Made by a program: the position numbers and the translations under genes. A DNA stretch of 64,000 nt from Eubacteriales bacterium (GTDB taxonomy: Bacteria; Bacillota; Clostridia; Oscillospirales; JAAYXM01). Shown here piece by piece: positions 30,099-39,915 of this stretch. The notes beneath the pieces are model-generated. The model had not been told where the DNA came from, searched no databases, and saw only the letters and a list, made by a program, of their open reading frames with translations. Position 1 is the first letter of the stretch. Every line of letters begins with the position of its first letter. The stretch is taken from contig JAZNAQ010000011.1 in assembly GCA_045586595.1 (NCBI GenBank), forward strand, positions 4,713 through 68,712, given 5' to 3'.

Positions 30099-30908
30099 TT
30101 GGATATTATAAAAGCAATAATTATAGGTATTGTAGAGGGCATTACAGAGTGGTTGCCGATAAGCAGTACAGGGCATATGATTCTTGTAAACGAGTTTATG
30201 GGCATACGCGAGGGCGACTTTCTTGCTGAACAAATTTTCTTGTATGTAATTCAGCTCGGCGCGATTCTTGCCATAGCGACATTGTATTTCAAAAGGCTAA
30301 ACCCTTTTTCGCCGAGTAAAACTCCGCTTGAGAAAAAAGCTACTTGGCAGATGTGGTTTAAGGTTATCGTTGCTTGCCTTCCCGCAGCGATTTTAGGGCT
30401 TTTGTTTAATGATGCGATGGATGCAATATCCACGCCTCTTATCGTAAGCATTATGCTCATCGTGTATGGTATTGCCTTTATCCTTATAGAGCGAAATAAC
30501 AAAACCGCCTCTATTACAGATATGAAGGATATGACATACAAAACAGCTCTTTTTATAGGCTTGTTTCAGGTTCTTTCAATCATTCCCGGCACATCCCGCT
30601 CAGGTTCCACCATTCTTGGTGCGATACTCCTCGGCACATCCCGTTCGGTCGCGGCAGAATTCTCGTTCTTCCTCGCAATTCCGGTTATGTTCGGAGTAAG
30701 CTTTCTTAAAATAATCACAAACGACTATATCATGACCGCACAGAGCTGGACGCTTCTTGCTGTTGCAATGGCTGTCGCGTATGTCGTTTCACTGGCTTCT
30801 GTTAAATTCCTTACAAATTACGTTCGTCGACACGACTTCAGGGCATTCGGTGTCTACCGCATTGTTCTTGGCATTCTGGTTATCACATACTTCCTTATAT
30901 TCAAATAA
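30099..30908 (+). CDS. uppP: Undecaprenyl-diphosphate phosphatase
   Basis: Motifs GIVEGITEWLPISSTGH and PGTSRSGSTI. Likely TTG start at 30099, 9 nt after GGAG. Confidence 0.9.
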   Translation: MDIIKAIIIGIVEGITEWLPISSTGHMILVNEFMGIREGDFLAEQIFLYVIQLGAILAIATLYFKRLNPFSPSKTPLEKKATWQMWFKVIVACLPAAILGLLFNDAMDAISTPLIVSIMLIVYGIAFILIERNNKTASITDMKDMTYKTALFIGLFQVLSIIPGTSRSGSTILGAILLGTSRSVAAEFSFFLAIPVMFGVSFLKIITNDYIMTAQSWTLLAVAMAVAYVVSLASVKFLTNYVRRHDFRAFGVYRIVLGILVITYFLIFK

Positions 30909-30911
30909 GAT

Positions 30912-30940
30912 AAAGCACCGCCTACGGCGGTGCTTTCACA
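30912..30940 (+). terminator. Terminator after uppP
   Basis: AAAGCACCGCC (30912-30922) pairs with GGCGGTGCTTT (30926-30936). The T-tract is weak. Confidence 0.55.
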
Positions 30941-31024
30941 TTTTATAAAGCCCTTTAATATACTGTATCAGAAAGAGAAAACTGCGGAGCAGATTACCTC
31001 CGTCGACAGAAAGGAAGATTCATT

Positions 31025-31900
31025 ATGTCAAAAAAGCTTAAGTTTGCTGTGGTCGGCGGTGATGCGCGGCAAATACAACTTGCAGCACTTCTCTCAGAGG
31101 GAGGTCACGACGTATACGCCTTTGCACTTGACCGAGCCGAGCCGCTCGGCGATGTCATCTGCGGCGGCGACATATCACGCCTTTCTGAAAAGTTTGACTG
31201 TGTTGTGCTTCCTATCCCTCTAAGGGCGGACGAAGAACACCTTAATGCCCCGCTCTCGTCTTATCAATATCTTATAGACGATATTTTTTCTGTTCTGCCG
31301 ACAGGTCAGACTGTTATTGCAGGCAAAGTAGACAACTCACTTTTTGCCAAAGCAGGCAGAAGCGGAATTCGCCTTTATGACTATCTGGAGCGTGAGGATT
31401 TTACCGTTATGAACTCAATCCCCACCGCCGAGGGCGCAATAGAGGTTGCCATGCGCGAGCTTAACGAAACACTCAACCGCAAGAAGTGCCTTGTCATTGG
31501 CTTTGGCCATATCGGAAAGCTTCTATGCCACTACCTTACGGGGCTGGGGGTTCGAGTAACTGCATCTGCCCGTAAATTCGGCGACCTTGCATGGATTTCG
31601 GCATACGGTTATAACGCACTTGAAACCGCCTCCATAAAAAATTCTCTTTCTGACTTCGACATAATTTTCAACACCGTTCCGGCACTTGTGCTTGACGAGG
31701 ATGCGCTTAAACGCATAAAGCCGACAGCGCTTGTATGCGACCTCGCATCTAAGCCGGGCGGAGTAGACTTTAATGTTGCAAAGCAGCTTGGCATACACAC
31801 TGTGTGGGCATTATCGCTGCCTGGAAAGTGTGCGCCCATGTCAGCTGCTGCAGCCATGCGCGATACTATCTATAATATTTTAGACGAATGGGGGAATTAA
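31025..31900 (+). CDS. dpaA: Dipicolinate synthase subunit A
   Basis: 291 aa with Rossmann motifs (VVGGDARQ, VIGFGHIGK). Followed by dpaB, the spoVFA/spoVFB pairing. Confidence 0.85.
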   Translation: MSKKLKFAVVGGDARQIQLAALLSEGGHDVYAFALDRAEPLGDVICGGDISRLSEKFDCVVLPIPLRADEEHLNAPLSSYQYLIDDIFSVLPTGQTVIAGKVDNSLFAKAGRSGIRLYDYLEREDFTVMNSIPTAEGAIEVAMRELNETLNRKKCLVIGFGHIGKLLCHYLTGLGVRVTASARKFGDLAWISAYGYNALETASIKNSLSDFDIIFNTVPALVLDEDALKRIKPTALVCDLASKPGGVDFNVAKQLGIHTVWALSLPGKCAPMSAAAAMRDTIYNILDEWGN

Positions 31901-31903
31901 GCG

Positions 31904-32476
31904 TTGGGAAATACTGCAGTCGGCTTTGCGATGTGCGGCTCTTTCTGTACATTCGCAAAGGTAATCCCTGAAATCCAAAGTCTTGTTAATGACGGCTACG
32001 ACGTTTTCCCGATAATGTCATATACAGCATACTCAACCGACACACGGTTTGGAAAGGCCACAGACTTCATTTCTGAAATAGAGACGATTTGCAAAAAGAA
32101 GATAATCAAAACCATTTCAGAAGCTGAGCCCATAGGCCCCAAAAAGCTTCTCGATGCGCTGATTATTGCACCGTGTACGGGAAATACCGCGGCGAAACTC
32201 GCCTGCGGGATATGTGATACGTCAGTAACTATGGCAGCAAAAGCACATCTCAGAAACGGGCGTCCTTTGATTATTGCCATATCAACAAACGACGGTTTGG
32301 GCATGAACATGAAAAACATAGGTATACTCTCCTCATCAAAAAATGTTTTTTTCGTCCCCTACGGACAGGATGACAGTTCAGGCAAACCAAACTCTCTTGT
32401 TTCAGATATGACAAAAATCTCAGATACACTAAAAAATGCCCTTTCTAAAAGCCAGGTGCAACCTGTATTAATATAG
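31904..32476 (+). CDS. dpaB: Dipicolinate synthase subunit B (flavoprotein-like)
   Basis: 190 aa with GFAMCGSFCTF and APCTGNTAAKLA motifs typical of SpoVFB. Confidence 0.88.
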   Translation: MGNTAVGFAMCGSFCTFAKVIPEIQSLVNDGYDVFPIMSYTAYSTDTRFGKATDFISEIETICKKKIIKTISEAEPIGPKKLLDALIIAPCTGNTAAKLACGICDTSVTMAAKAHLRNGRPLIIAISTNDGLGMNMKNIGILSSSKNVFFVPYGQDDSSGKPNSLVSDMTKISDTLKNALSKSQVQPVLI

Positions 32477-32511
32477 AAACACATCCCTCGAAATTTCGAG
32501 GGATGTGTTTC
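32477..32511. terminator. Bidirectional terminator between dpaB and ypeB
   Basis: A 17-bp stem, GAAACACATCCCTCGAA pairing with TTCGAGGGATGTGTTTC. Confidence 0.8.
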
Positions 32512-32513
32512 TT

Positions 32514-33836
32514 CTACATTGCCAACGTCCCGTTCTCATCCTCTATTAAAATCAGAATTCTCTCTTCATGCATACTGTCTGCATTTATATAAACTATACA
32601 ATGTTCTCCCGATGCGGTTTCACACTTAAACTCATGCGTGAGTATCTCCCCTGTTCCGTCTGTGGGAATTATTGCAGGCGAATACGAGAGTATTTTTAAA
32701 TCACCCGAAACCTTGCTTTGTGCAAGTTCTCGCTGTACCGAAACATCTTTGATATTGCGCGTCTTTTTATTTTTAATATACCCTGCTGCATCAAAATTCA
32801 CAATACTTCCATCATAAAGCGAAACCGTAACTTTCACAAGGTCAGGATATATTACTGTATCACCTTGTTTCGCTGCAAAATTTACACTAAGCGTATTCCC
32901 GTAGCGCATATAGTAAGTCTCTTCCATAGAGCCAAACCCGTTATCAGCGAGAATTTTCGTTGCGCTCTTTATAGCTTCTTTAACAGTCACCCTAGCCGTT
33001 CCCGGGTTCTGTGATGTTATCGCCCTGAACACCACTCCTCCCATACGCGTTATATCTGCATAACGCTCACCGTCTGTTACTGAGATGAGCTCAATACCAT
33101 CCTCGGCCCGAGTTCCGTCCACTGAAAAAGCCTGAGGTGACAGACCAAAAAGCTCTGCAGCGCGCAGACACGCTGTCTCTTCGTCTGTTTCCGGAAGCTC
33201 TGCGAGCAGTTCACGTTCTCCCTCTGTCTCATCAGCAAACGGCCCGTCGTAAATAAGAACGGGGTATTCAGAAAACTCACGCTCAAGTTCTTTAATATCT
33301 CCAAGCGTTTCATCGGCGCTGTCCATAATGTCAGCATTCATAAAATCCCATGACTCATCGTTAATCCACTCCGAGAGGCTTCGCAATTCATCCATAAGCG
33401 ATCCCGCTCCCCCCGCAAGATTGCGAAGCGCCTTGCGCTCACCTTCACTTATTCCCTCGCCACGAGAGGCTTTTTTTGCCAGATAATATGCATAGTCGCC
33501 CGTCTGCGTTATAAACTTCGTTGTGTTCTCAAGCGACAACTCTGATACAGGAAGACGCGACAGAGCGCGTGAAGATATTTCAGCCTCGCGAAAAGCCTCT
33601 GTGCAAAGCAGGGCGAGCATTGAGTCGTCACCTGAATAGGCACATTTTTCAAGTGCATAATCAAGCTTTGTCACTCCCGCCAGAAGCTCTGAAAAGGCAT
33701 AATAGTAGTTATCTGATATTACCTGCTCATAGCGCGTTGCTCTCTGCATATTCTGTACTGTCATAGCAAACAGAATCAAGAACGCAAAAGCAAGAAAGGA
33801 AATAGCACGAATAAGCACTCTGCGACTCATAAACAT
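32514..33836 (-). CDS. ypeB: Germination protein YpeB-like (membrane anchor plus PepSY repeats)
   Basis: 440 aa with an N-terminal TM helix. The N-domain pattern NYYYAFSEL...LSRLPV...TKFITQTGDYAYY parallels B. subtilis YpeB (NYQRAFHEL...QLPL...SKIGDFSY). The C-terminus has PepSY-like repeats. Confidence 0.72.
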   Translation of the reverse strand: MFMSRRVLIRAISFLAFAFLILFAMTVQNMQRATRYEQVISDNYYYAFSELLAGVTKLDYALEKCAYSGDDSMLALLCTEAFREAEISSRALSRLPVSELSLENTTKFITQTGDYAYYLAKKASRGEGISEGERKALRNLAGGAGSLMDELRSLSEWINDESWDFMNADIMDSADETLGDIKELEREFSEYPVLIYDGPFADETEGERELLAELPETDEETACLRAAELFGLSPQAFSVDGTRAEDGIELISVTDGERYADITRMGGVVFRAITSQNPGTARVTVKEAIKSATKILADNGFGSMEETYYMRYGNTLSVNFAAKQGDTVIYPDLVKVTVSLYDGSIVNFDAAGYIKNKKTRNIKDVSVQRELAQSKVSGDLKILSYSPAIIPTDGTGEILTHEFKCETASGEHCIVYINADSMHEERILILIEDENGTLAM

Positions 33837-33979
33837 TTCACCTCAATTTTTCATTAGTTTCTTCCTGTATTGCCCAAAATATACAAAAAATTCATAAGAT
33901 TATTTCTTGCAATCATCCTCATTTGGCATTATAATATATATGTGTATTTTGGGCTCGAATTTTGTTATGAGGTATCATT

Positions 33980-34921
33980 GTGAGTAATTTTCTTTTTTCA
34001 GTAAACGCGGTTTTACCGCTGTTTATTCTTACAGCACTTGGCTGGTGTCTTACAAAACTAAAGGTCTGGGATGGAGAGTTTCTTAAAACAGCTAATGGGA
34101 TTTCATTCAATATACTCATCCCGTCAATGCTTTTTTACAACATTTATACGTCTGACTTTAAAACTGTTTTTGATGCAAGGCTTCTCGCATTTGTCTTAAT
34201 TGCCGTAGCCATTGTATGCTCGATTGGCTTTATTCTCGTCCCCATGTTGTCTCATGACCGCGCACGTCAGGGTGTTATTCTGCAGGCATTATTCCGCGGA
34301 AACTTTGCCCTGCTGGGCGTACCGCTCTGTCAGGCACTTGCCGGTGATGCAGGTGCGCAGACCGCATCTGTTTTCCTTGCATTTCTCATCCCTGCATTCA
34401 ACGTCCTTGCAACGATAATTTTAAGCGTATACAGCAACGAAAAAACAGATTCACCCATTGAAATAGTAAAGAAGATTCTCAAAAACCCTCTTATTATAGG
34501 TTGTATTCTCGGGCTTGTTTTCTCTCTTGCAAAAATCCCCTTGCCCGAAATAATTCTCAAGCCTGTACGCGACCTCAAGGGTGTTGCAACCCCGTTTGCA
34601 CTCCTCGTTCTCGGCGGTGACTTTAAGTTTAAAAGCTTTATCAGCAATCTGCGTTGTGTTGTTGCAACAGGCCTTACTCGCCTTGTACTCATTCCGTCCG
34701 TTGCTATTTTTGCGGCATACCTTCTCGGTTTTCGCGGTATACATATAGCACTTGTCATCAGTACGTTTGGAACACCTGTAGCGGTTTCAAGCACAGCAAT
34801 GACATATAAAATGAACGGCGACTATGACCTTGCATGCCAGGTTGTTGTTTTTACAACAATTTTTTCAGCATTTACAATCACACTTCTCGCTTTTGTAACC
34901 AAAACCCTCGGCATCCTATAA
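33980..34921 (+). CDS. AEC (auxin efflux carrier) family transporter
   Basis: 313 aa and 10 TM, with typical AEC N- and C-terminal repeats. GTG start. Confidence 0.8.
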   Translation: MSNFLFSVNAVLPLFILTALGWCLTKLKVWDGEFLKTANGISFNILIPSMLFYNIYTSDFKTVFDARLLAFVLIAVAIVCSIGFILVPMLSHDRARQGVILQALFRGNFALLGVPLCQALAGDAGAQTASVFLAFLIPAFNVLATIILSVYSNEKTDSPIEIVKKILKNPLIIGCILGLVFSLAKIPLPEIILKPVRDLKGVATPFALLVLGGDFKFKSFISNLRCVVATGLTRLVLIPSVAIFAAYLLGFRGIHIALVISTFGTPVAVSSTAMTYKMNGDYDLACQVVVFTTIFSAFTITLLAFVTKTLGIL

Positions 34922-34945
34922 ATTTCATTTTGGAGGTCCACTGTA

Positions 34946-35776
34946 ATGATTCGCAGAATTTCAGCAGTATTTTGCGCTGCCACACTGATACTCTCACTCT
35001 CTGCCTGTACATTCAACCAAGAACCGGAAGCTCTTTCAGGCGTTGCCCCTGCAACAGTAGACGTGCAACCAACCCCCATAACCTCAGACAGCGGCTTTGT
35101 ATACGACAGCCAATTGTCTCTTGCAGACTCATTCAGCCAGATGAACTCTCTGCGCATTGCTATATGCGACGATATGTATGGAGCTGTAAGAAGTTTTAAA
35201 AATGATTCGATATGGGTACCTACTTACGCAGGTATGTATACACTTGGCAGTGACGAATTCCTCGCTGCATCGTATGTTATGGAGATGGAGCCGAGTATTA
35301 CGGCGAAAAAGCTCTTCCGCGAAAACGGATTTACAAATGTTGAAATCTCCGCACTTGACCTCGATAACACATGGAAAATCACAGCAAAAAAAGACGAAAA
35401 CGGCGTAAAGAATGACTACGAATATACGATTATGTACGGTTCTCAATCAGACTCATACCGATTTACTCTTACAATAAACGGTGAACCCACAATGTTGCTC
35501 GCTTCTCGCCGTATTACTGGCGGATATGCTGTGCAGGTATGGACACCCGAAGGAGAATATCACATTCTCGCACAGGACGTAAGAGAAGGCCGCTTCGGCT
35601 TTATCCCCAAACAACGTGATGCTGAGAATGAGTTCCCCAAAAATGACATCTACTATGACGATTCTCTCATAACAAGCTCTTTTACAACGTCAGGTGCTGA
35701 GTACACATTCCTCCTCGCTAATAATATTCTTTACATCCAAAGGGATGGAAGCAACTACGCAGTCCCACTTGACTAA
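34946..35776 (+). CDS. Hypothetical lipoprotein
   Basis: 276 aa with a signal peptide and lipobox (LSLSAC). GGAGG SD. Confidence 0.6.
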   Translation: MIRRISAVFCAATLILSLSACTFNQEPEALSGVAPATVDVQPTPITSDSGFVYDSQLSLADSFSQMNSLRIAICDDMYGAVRSFKNDSIWVPTYAGMYTLGSDEFLAASYVMEMEPSITAKKLFRENGFTNVEISALDLDNTWKITAKKDENGVKNDYEYTIMYGSQSDSYRFTLTINGEPTMLLASRRITGGYAVQVWTPEGEYHILAQDVREGRFGFIPKQRDAENEFPKNDIYYDDSLITSSFTTSGAEYTFLLANNILYIQRDGSNYAVPLD

Positions 35777-35779
35777 CAA

Positions 35780-35818
35780 AAAACTGAGCAGGAAAACAAT
35801 TCCTTGCTCAGTTTTTTA
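35780..35818 (+). terminator. Terminator after the lipoprotein gene
   Basis: AACTGAGCAGG pairs with CCTTGCTCAGTT (one bulge), followed by TTTTT. Confidence 0.7.
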
Positions 35819-35872
35819 TTATGTGGTATACTCTTTTTATAGCTAATACCGTATACAAAGGTGGTTTTAAAT

Positions 35873-36706
35873 ATGCTCAGAATAGGCTGTCATCTATCAT
35901 CTTCAAAAGGATACCTCGCGATGGCTGAAACAGCAAAAAAAATCGACGCAAATACGTTTCAGTTTTTTACCAGAAACCCTCGCGGCGGTGCAGCAAAAGC
36001 ACTTGACCCTGATGATATTTCAGCATTTTTGAAATACAGCAAAGAAAACGATATTGCCCCCATTCTTGCCCACGCCCCTTATACACTTAACGCCGCAGCC
36101 AAAGACCCACGAATACGCGAATTTGCTCTTATGACGATGCGTGATGATGTCTCGCGCCTTGAACACACCCCCGGAAATATGTATAATTTTCATCCCGGCT
36201 CGCACGTCGGTCAGGGCACAGAACACGGCATAACACTTATCGCCGAAATTCTAAACGACATTATTACCTCCGAGCAAACAACAACCATACTACTCGAAAC
36301 AATGGCGGGTAAAGGAAGCGAAATCGGCGGTAAATTCGAAGAAATAAGTGAAATAATCTCACGCGTTGAACATTGCGAAAAGCTTGGTGTGTGCCTTGAT
36401 ACATGCCATATTTTTGACGGCGGATATAATATAAAAGAAAACATCGAATCGGTGCTTTCTGAATTTGACCGCATTATCGGCATATCAAAACTACGCGCAA
36501 TTCACTTAAACGACAGCCTTCACGGCTTTGAGAGCCATAAAGACAGACACGCAAAGATAGGCGAAGGGCACCTTGGGCTTGATTCCTTTGCAGAGATTAT
36601 AAATCATCCGATGCTCAGAAATCTCCCATTTTATCTTGAGACCCCTAATGAACTTGATGGGTACGCCCGCGAAATTGCACTTTTAAGAAGTTTATACAAC
36701 GATTAA
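35873..36706 (+). CDS. nfo: Deoxyribonuclease IV (endonuclease IV)
   Basis: [14 protein letters not shown]..., [27 protein letters not shown] and HLNDS motifs. ATG at 35873 follows AAGGTGG. Confidence 0.92.
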   Translation: MLRIGCHLSSSKGYLAMAETAKKIDANTFQFFTRNPRGGAAKALDPDDISAFLKYSKENDIAPILAHAPYTLNAAAKDPRIREFALMTMRDDVSRLEHTPGNMYNFHPGSHVGQGTEHGITLIAEILNDIITSEQTTTILLETMAGKGSEIGGKFEEISEIISRVEHCEKLGVCLDTCHIFDGGYNIKENIESVLSEFDRIIGISKLRAIHLNDSLHGFESHKDRHAKIGEGHLGLDSFAEIINHPMLRNLPFYLETPNELDGYAREIALLRSLYND

Positions 36707-36729
36707 CCAACAAAAAGGAGAATGACACA

Positions 36730-37275
36730 ATGAAATGGGTAATAGCTTCTGATATACACGGCTCAGCAAAATACTGCCGCAAACTTCTGGATGCATATAA
36801 GTCAGAAGAAGCAGACCGTCTGCTTCTTCTCGGCGATATTCTTTATCACGGTCCGAGAAACAACCTCCCCGGCGAATACGAGCCGAAAGAAGTAATTGCA
36901 ATGCTGAATGCAATAAAGAAAGACATTTTATGTGTAAGAGGCAACTGCGATACAGAGGTTGACCAGATGGTGCTCGACTTTTCAATCATGGCAGACTATG
37001 CGATACTAACCGTTGGAGAGCGTATGATTTATGTAACACATGGTCACAAATACAATATGTCCAACATTCCGTCAATGCACAAAGGCGATATACTTCTTCA
37101 CGGTCATACACACATACCGAAATGTGTAGAATTCGGTGACGGCTTGCTCTACTGCAACCCAGGCTCGGTATCAATACCAAAGGAGAATTCCGAAAACAGC
37201 TACATGACACTTGAGGATAACATACTCAAGTGGAAAAACCTTGACGGAAAAGAATATATGACTTATACACTATAA
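36730..37275 (+). CDS. yfcE: YfcE/MJ0936-family phosphodiesterase
   Basis: 181 aa with SDIHGS, LGDILYHGPRN, GNCD and HGH metallophosphatase motifs. Confidence 0.85.
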   Translation: MKWVIASDIHGSAKYCRKLLDAYKSEEADRLLLLGDILYHGPRNNLPGEYEPKEVIAMLNAIKKDILCVRGNCDTEVDQMVLDFSIMADYAILTVGERMIYVTHGHKYNMSNIPSMHKGDILLHGHTHIPKCVEFGDGLLYCNPGSVSIPKENSENSYMTLEDNILKWKNLDGKEYMTYTL

Positions 37276-37310
37276 CAAAAAACATCCACCGCGAGGTGGA
37301 TGTTTTTTGT
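37276..37310. terminator. Bidirectional terminator between yfcE and femAB
   Basis: AACATCCACC (37281-37290) pairs with GGTGGATGTT (37295-37304), flanked by A- and T-runs. Confidence 0.75.
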
Positions 37311-38392
37311 TATTTATTATTGCTTATCTTGCTGTCTATGCGCTCACGCATTACCCCTATTCTTCTTATTATCGCACGGTAGTTTGACTGCAAACTTTCA
37401 ATCAGCTTTGCCGTCTTGGGCTTAAACATCATATCAAGCTTGCCGACAAAGTCACACCTCTCACCGGCAAAACCCGCCTTAAACCTTATAAGCCCGTCAA
37501 GGGTAGTCTTCTCCATATCCCCCGTTATGCCACGGAAGTCATAGATGTTGCAGTTGTTTTCAATAGTCCATTTTATCATTTCCCACTGCATCATGTAGTT
37601 TGGCATTCTGTTTCGCTCGCGGTTACTGCTTGCGCCGTAAAGGTACCATACTTTATCCCCGTAAAGAATAGCTATAGCGCCGGAGATCACCTGTCCCTCA
37701 TACTCCATAAGATAAAGGCGAAGGTTATCCGGTGCCAAGGCGTCATACATATCCTCAAAATACTTCAGGCTTCTCGCTATAAAGCCATCACGCGCAGCAG
37801 TCTCTTTCATTATTTCAACAAAGGCAGGCAGGTCTTCCTTAGTGCCTATTCTGCTAGTAACTCCTTTTTTGACTGAGAGACGTACATTATAGCGTGTTTT
37901 TGAGTGAAATGCGGCAAAGACCTCTTCTTCGTTTCTGCCGTTTATCGGAAGGCGGAAAACATACCGTGCCTGTAAGTATTCAGGGCGGTGTTTGGTATTA
38001 TTAACCGAAAAGCCTGCCTGACACAGTTCTGAGAGATATGGGTCTTCTTCAGTTATATCAGGGTCTATCGAAAGCTCGTATGCGTTATACTTATCGCCAA
38101 GCTTTCTGCTTTCTGCAAGGAGTTCGAGAAGAGTTGCAGTGTCCCCGTCGTTTGTTACGGGGCCACGCGGGCAATACATATGGGTATACTTGGTTTTTGG
38201 TACACGGCTTGTCATGATAAGCATACTGCCGAGAACGTTACCAGCCTCATCAACCGCCATAAAAGCATCATACTTCCACGGTTTTTTAAACTCAGCCCAC
38301 TTGAGCGACTTTACAAAATGGCCTCTGGGGTGTGAGGACACAAACTCCTCATATTTTTCAGCACTCTTTTCATCGATTACATATTCTATCAT
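37310..38392 (-). CDS. FemAB-family aminoacyl-tRNA-dependent peptidoglycan bridge-forming transferase (paralogue 1)
   Basis: 360 aa with GHFVKSLKWAEFK and YCPRGPV motifs and a GNAT-duplicated fold length. Confidence 0.82.
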   Translation of the reverse strand: MIEYVIDEKSAEKYEEFVSSHPRGHFVKSLKWAEFKKPWKYDAFMAVDEAGNVLGSMLIMTSRVPKTKYTHMYCPRGPVTNDGDTATLLELLAESRKLGDKYNAYELSIDPDITEEDPYLSELCQAGFSVNNTKHRPEYLQARYVFRLPINGRNEEEVFAAFHSKTRYNVRLSVKKGVTSRIGTKEDLPAFVEIMKETAARDGFIARSLKYFEDMYDALAPDNLRLYLMEYEGQVISGAIAILYGDKVWYLYGASSNRERNRMPNYMMQWEMIKWTIENNCNIYDFRGITGDMEKTTLDGLIRFKAGFAGERCDFVGKLDMMFKPKTAKLIESLQSNYRAIIRRIGVMRERIDSKISNNK

Positions 38393-38397
38393 AATCT

Positions 38398-39444
38398 CTA
38401 CTTCCTCCCCATTATTTTTCTCAAAAGTTGCGCTGCGTCCTTAGCTGTATTTATTGCAAAATCGGTAAAGCGGTCATACACAATGTCTATACGCCCGACA
38501 AAAGAGCAAAGCTCGCCGCCAAAACGTTTTTTAAAGCGCATAAGACCGTCTATGGGTTTTAGCTTATCTCCCTCTCCTGCAATACCACGCATATCATATA
38601 ATGTGCATGAATTATCACGCGACCAGCGCATCATCTCCCACTGCATAAGAAAGTTAGGGAGTGTTTCTTTATGTTCATCATTACTCCCGGCATACATATG
38701 CCAGGTCTTTTTGCCGCAACGAATGAGCACCGAGCCCGCTATAGGTCTCCCCTCACACTCAACAATAAAGAGTTTTACCATATCATCGCCCAGAGAATCG
38801 TACATATCAAAGAAGTAGTCCTCACCCCGCGCTGTAAAGCCATCACGCTTTGCAGTATCTGCAAGCAGGGCGCAGAATATCGGTATGTCGTCTCTCGTAC
38901 CCAGCCTGCACACAGCATCGCTTTTGATTGATGTACGCACGCTGTAACGAGCTTTTGAATGATACGATGACATCAATTCATCATCTGTTTTATCAACATT
39001 AATCCGATATACAGCAAATGGCTGTAGTATACCGTTATCACGCGAATTGTCACCAATACGTGCTCCGTGTTCTTTAAAGCAATCTATCCAGGCCGCATTG
39101 TTTTCGCCTATATCAGGGTCAAGCGTCAGCTTATATGCTCCCACCTCACAGGCAAGCTCACCCGCACCGTAAAGAAGCTCGCCAAGCGTTTCTGCATCAT
39201 CTCTTGAACACACCGGCCCGCGCGGACAGTACAGAAACTTCTTTTTTGTACGCCGCACATCCTGAACAAGCATAAGCATTACGCCGCGAACATTGCCTTC
39301 ACCGTCAAGTGACATCAGCGCAAAGCTCTTTTGCTTCTTTTTAAACTCTGCCCACCGAAGGGACTGCATAAAATGCCCCGCTTCGTGAGTTTCGAGAAAA
39401 CGGCTGTATTTTTCATAATCATCGGTTGTAACGCGTTTTATCAT
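38398..39444 (-). CDS. FemAB-family aminoacyl-tRNA-dependent peptidoglycan bridge-forming transferase (paralogue 2)
   Basis: 348 aa with the same motifs (GHFMQSLRWAEFK, YCPRGPV). Sits 5 nt upstream of paralogue 1. Confidence 0.82.
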   Translation of the reverse strand: MIKRVTTDDYEKYSRFLETHEAGHFMQSLRWAEFKKKQKSFALMSLDGEGNVRGVMLMLVQDVRRTKKKFLYCPRGPVCSRDDAETLGELLYGAGELACEVGAYKLTLDPDIGENNAAWIDCFKEHGARIGDNSRDNGILQPFAVYRINVDKTDDELMSSYHSKARYSVRTSIKSDAVCRLGTRDDIPIFCALLADTAKRDGFTARGEDYFFDMYDSLGDDMVKLFIVECEGRPIAGSVLIRCGKKTWHMYAGSNDEHKETLPNFLMQWEMMRWSRDNSCTLYDMRGIAGEGDKLKPIDGLMRFKKRFGGELCSFVGRIDIVYDRFTDFAINTAKDAAQLLRKIMGRK

Positions 39445-39511
39445 AACTATGCCTCAAACACAATATTTATATATTCATTTTATTTTATCATATATATATG
39501 GTAAAATGCAA

Positions 39512-39545
39512 CAAGCACCGCTTGTTTTTTCAAAAGCGGTGCTTG
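39512..39545 (-). terminator. Hairpin/terminator downstream of the Cys-rich gene
   Basis: A 12-bp stem, CAAGCACCGCTT pairing with AAGCGGTGCTTG. The flanking T-tract is weak. Confidence 0.5.
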
Positions 39546-39559
39546 CTTATTAAGACCTA

Positions 39560-39760
39560 TTAGTTGCAGGAGCGATTTCTTCTGTAGGGGCAATCATCGC
39601 AATCGCAGTGATTGCAGCAGTTATCCCTATAATCATCCTGTCGTTCACAGCTATCAGCGCCGCCTGCATCTACATATCTCATTCTTACATTCTGGCAGAG
39701 AGAGTTTCTTCTGTTATTGTTGCATCTGTTGCAGCAAAAAAAATTTGAAAAAAGGCACAT
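39560..39760 (-). CDS. 66-aa cysteine-rich small protein (hypothetical)
   Basis: The ATG at 39760 follows a GAGGAGG SD. Product is MCLFSNFFCCNRCNNNRRNSLCQNVRMRYVDAGGADSCERQDDYRDNCCNHCDCDDCPYRRNRSCN, with 12 Cys. A hairpin follows downstream. Confidence 0.5.
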   Translation of the reverse strand: MCLFSNFFCCNRCNNNRRNSLCQNVRMRYVDAGGADSCERQDDYRDNCCNHCDCDDCPYRRNRSCN

Positions 39761-39915
39761 GGGTGCTTCCTCCTCACAAAACTTTGCGGACAACTTTTCT
39801 TGTCCGCCCCATTATATGCAAAGAGTTTTAATAGTGTTAACATATCGCGAATTGCCATATTGTTTGAAATGTGTTATAATCTGCGTGTTAAAAGTTTATG
39901 ATTGGATGGAAATTT

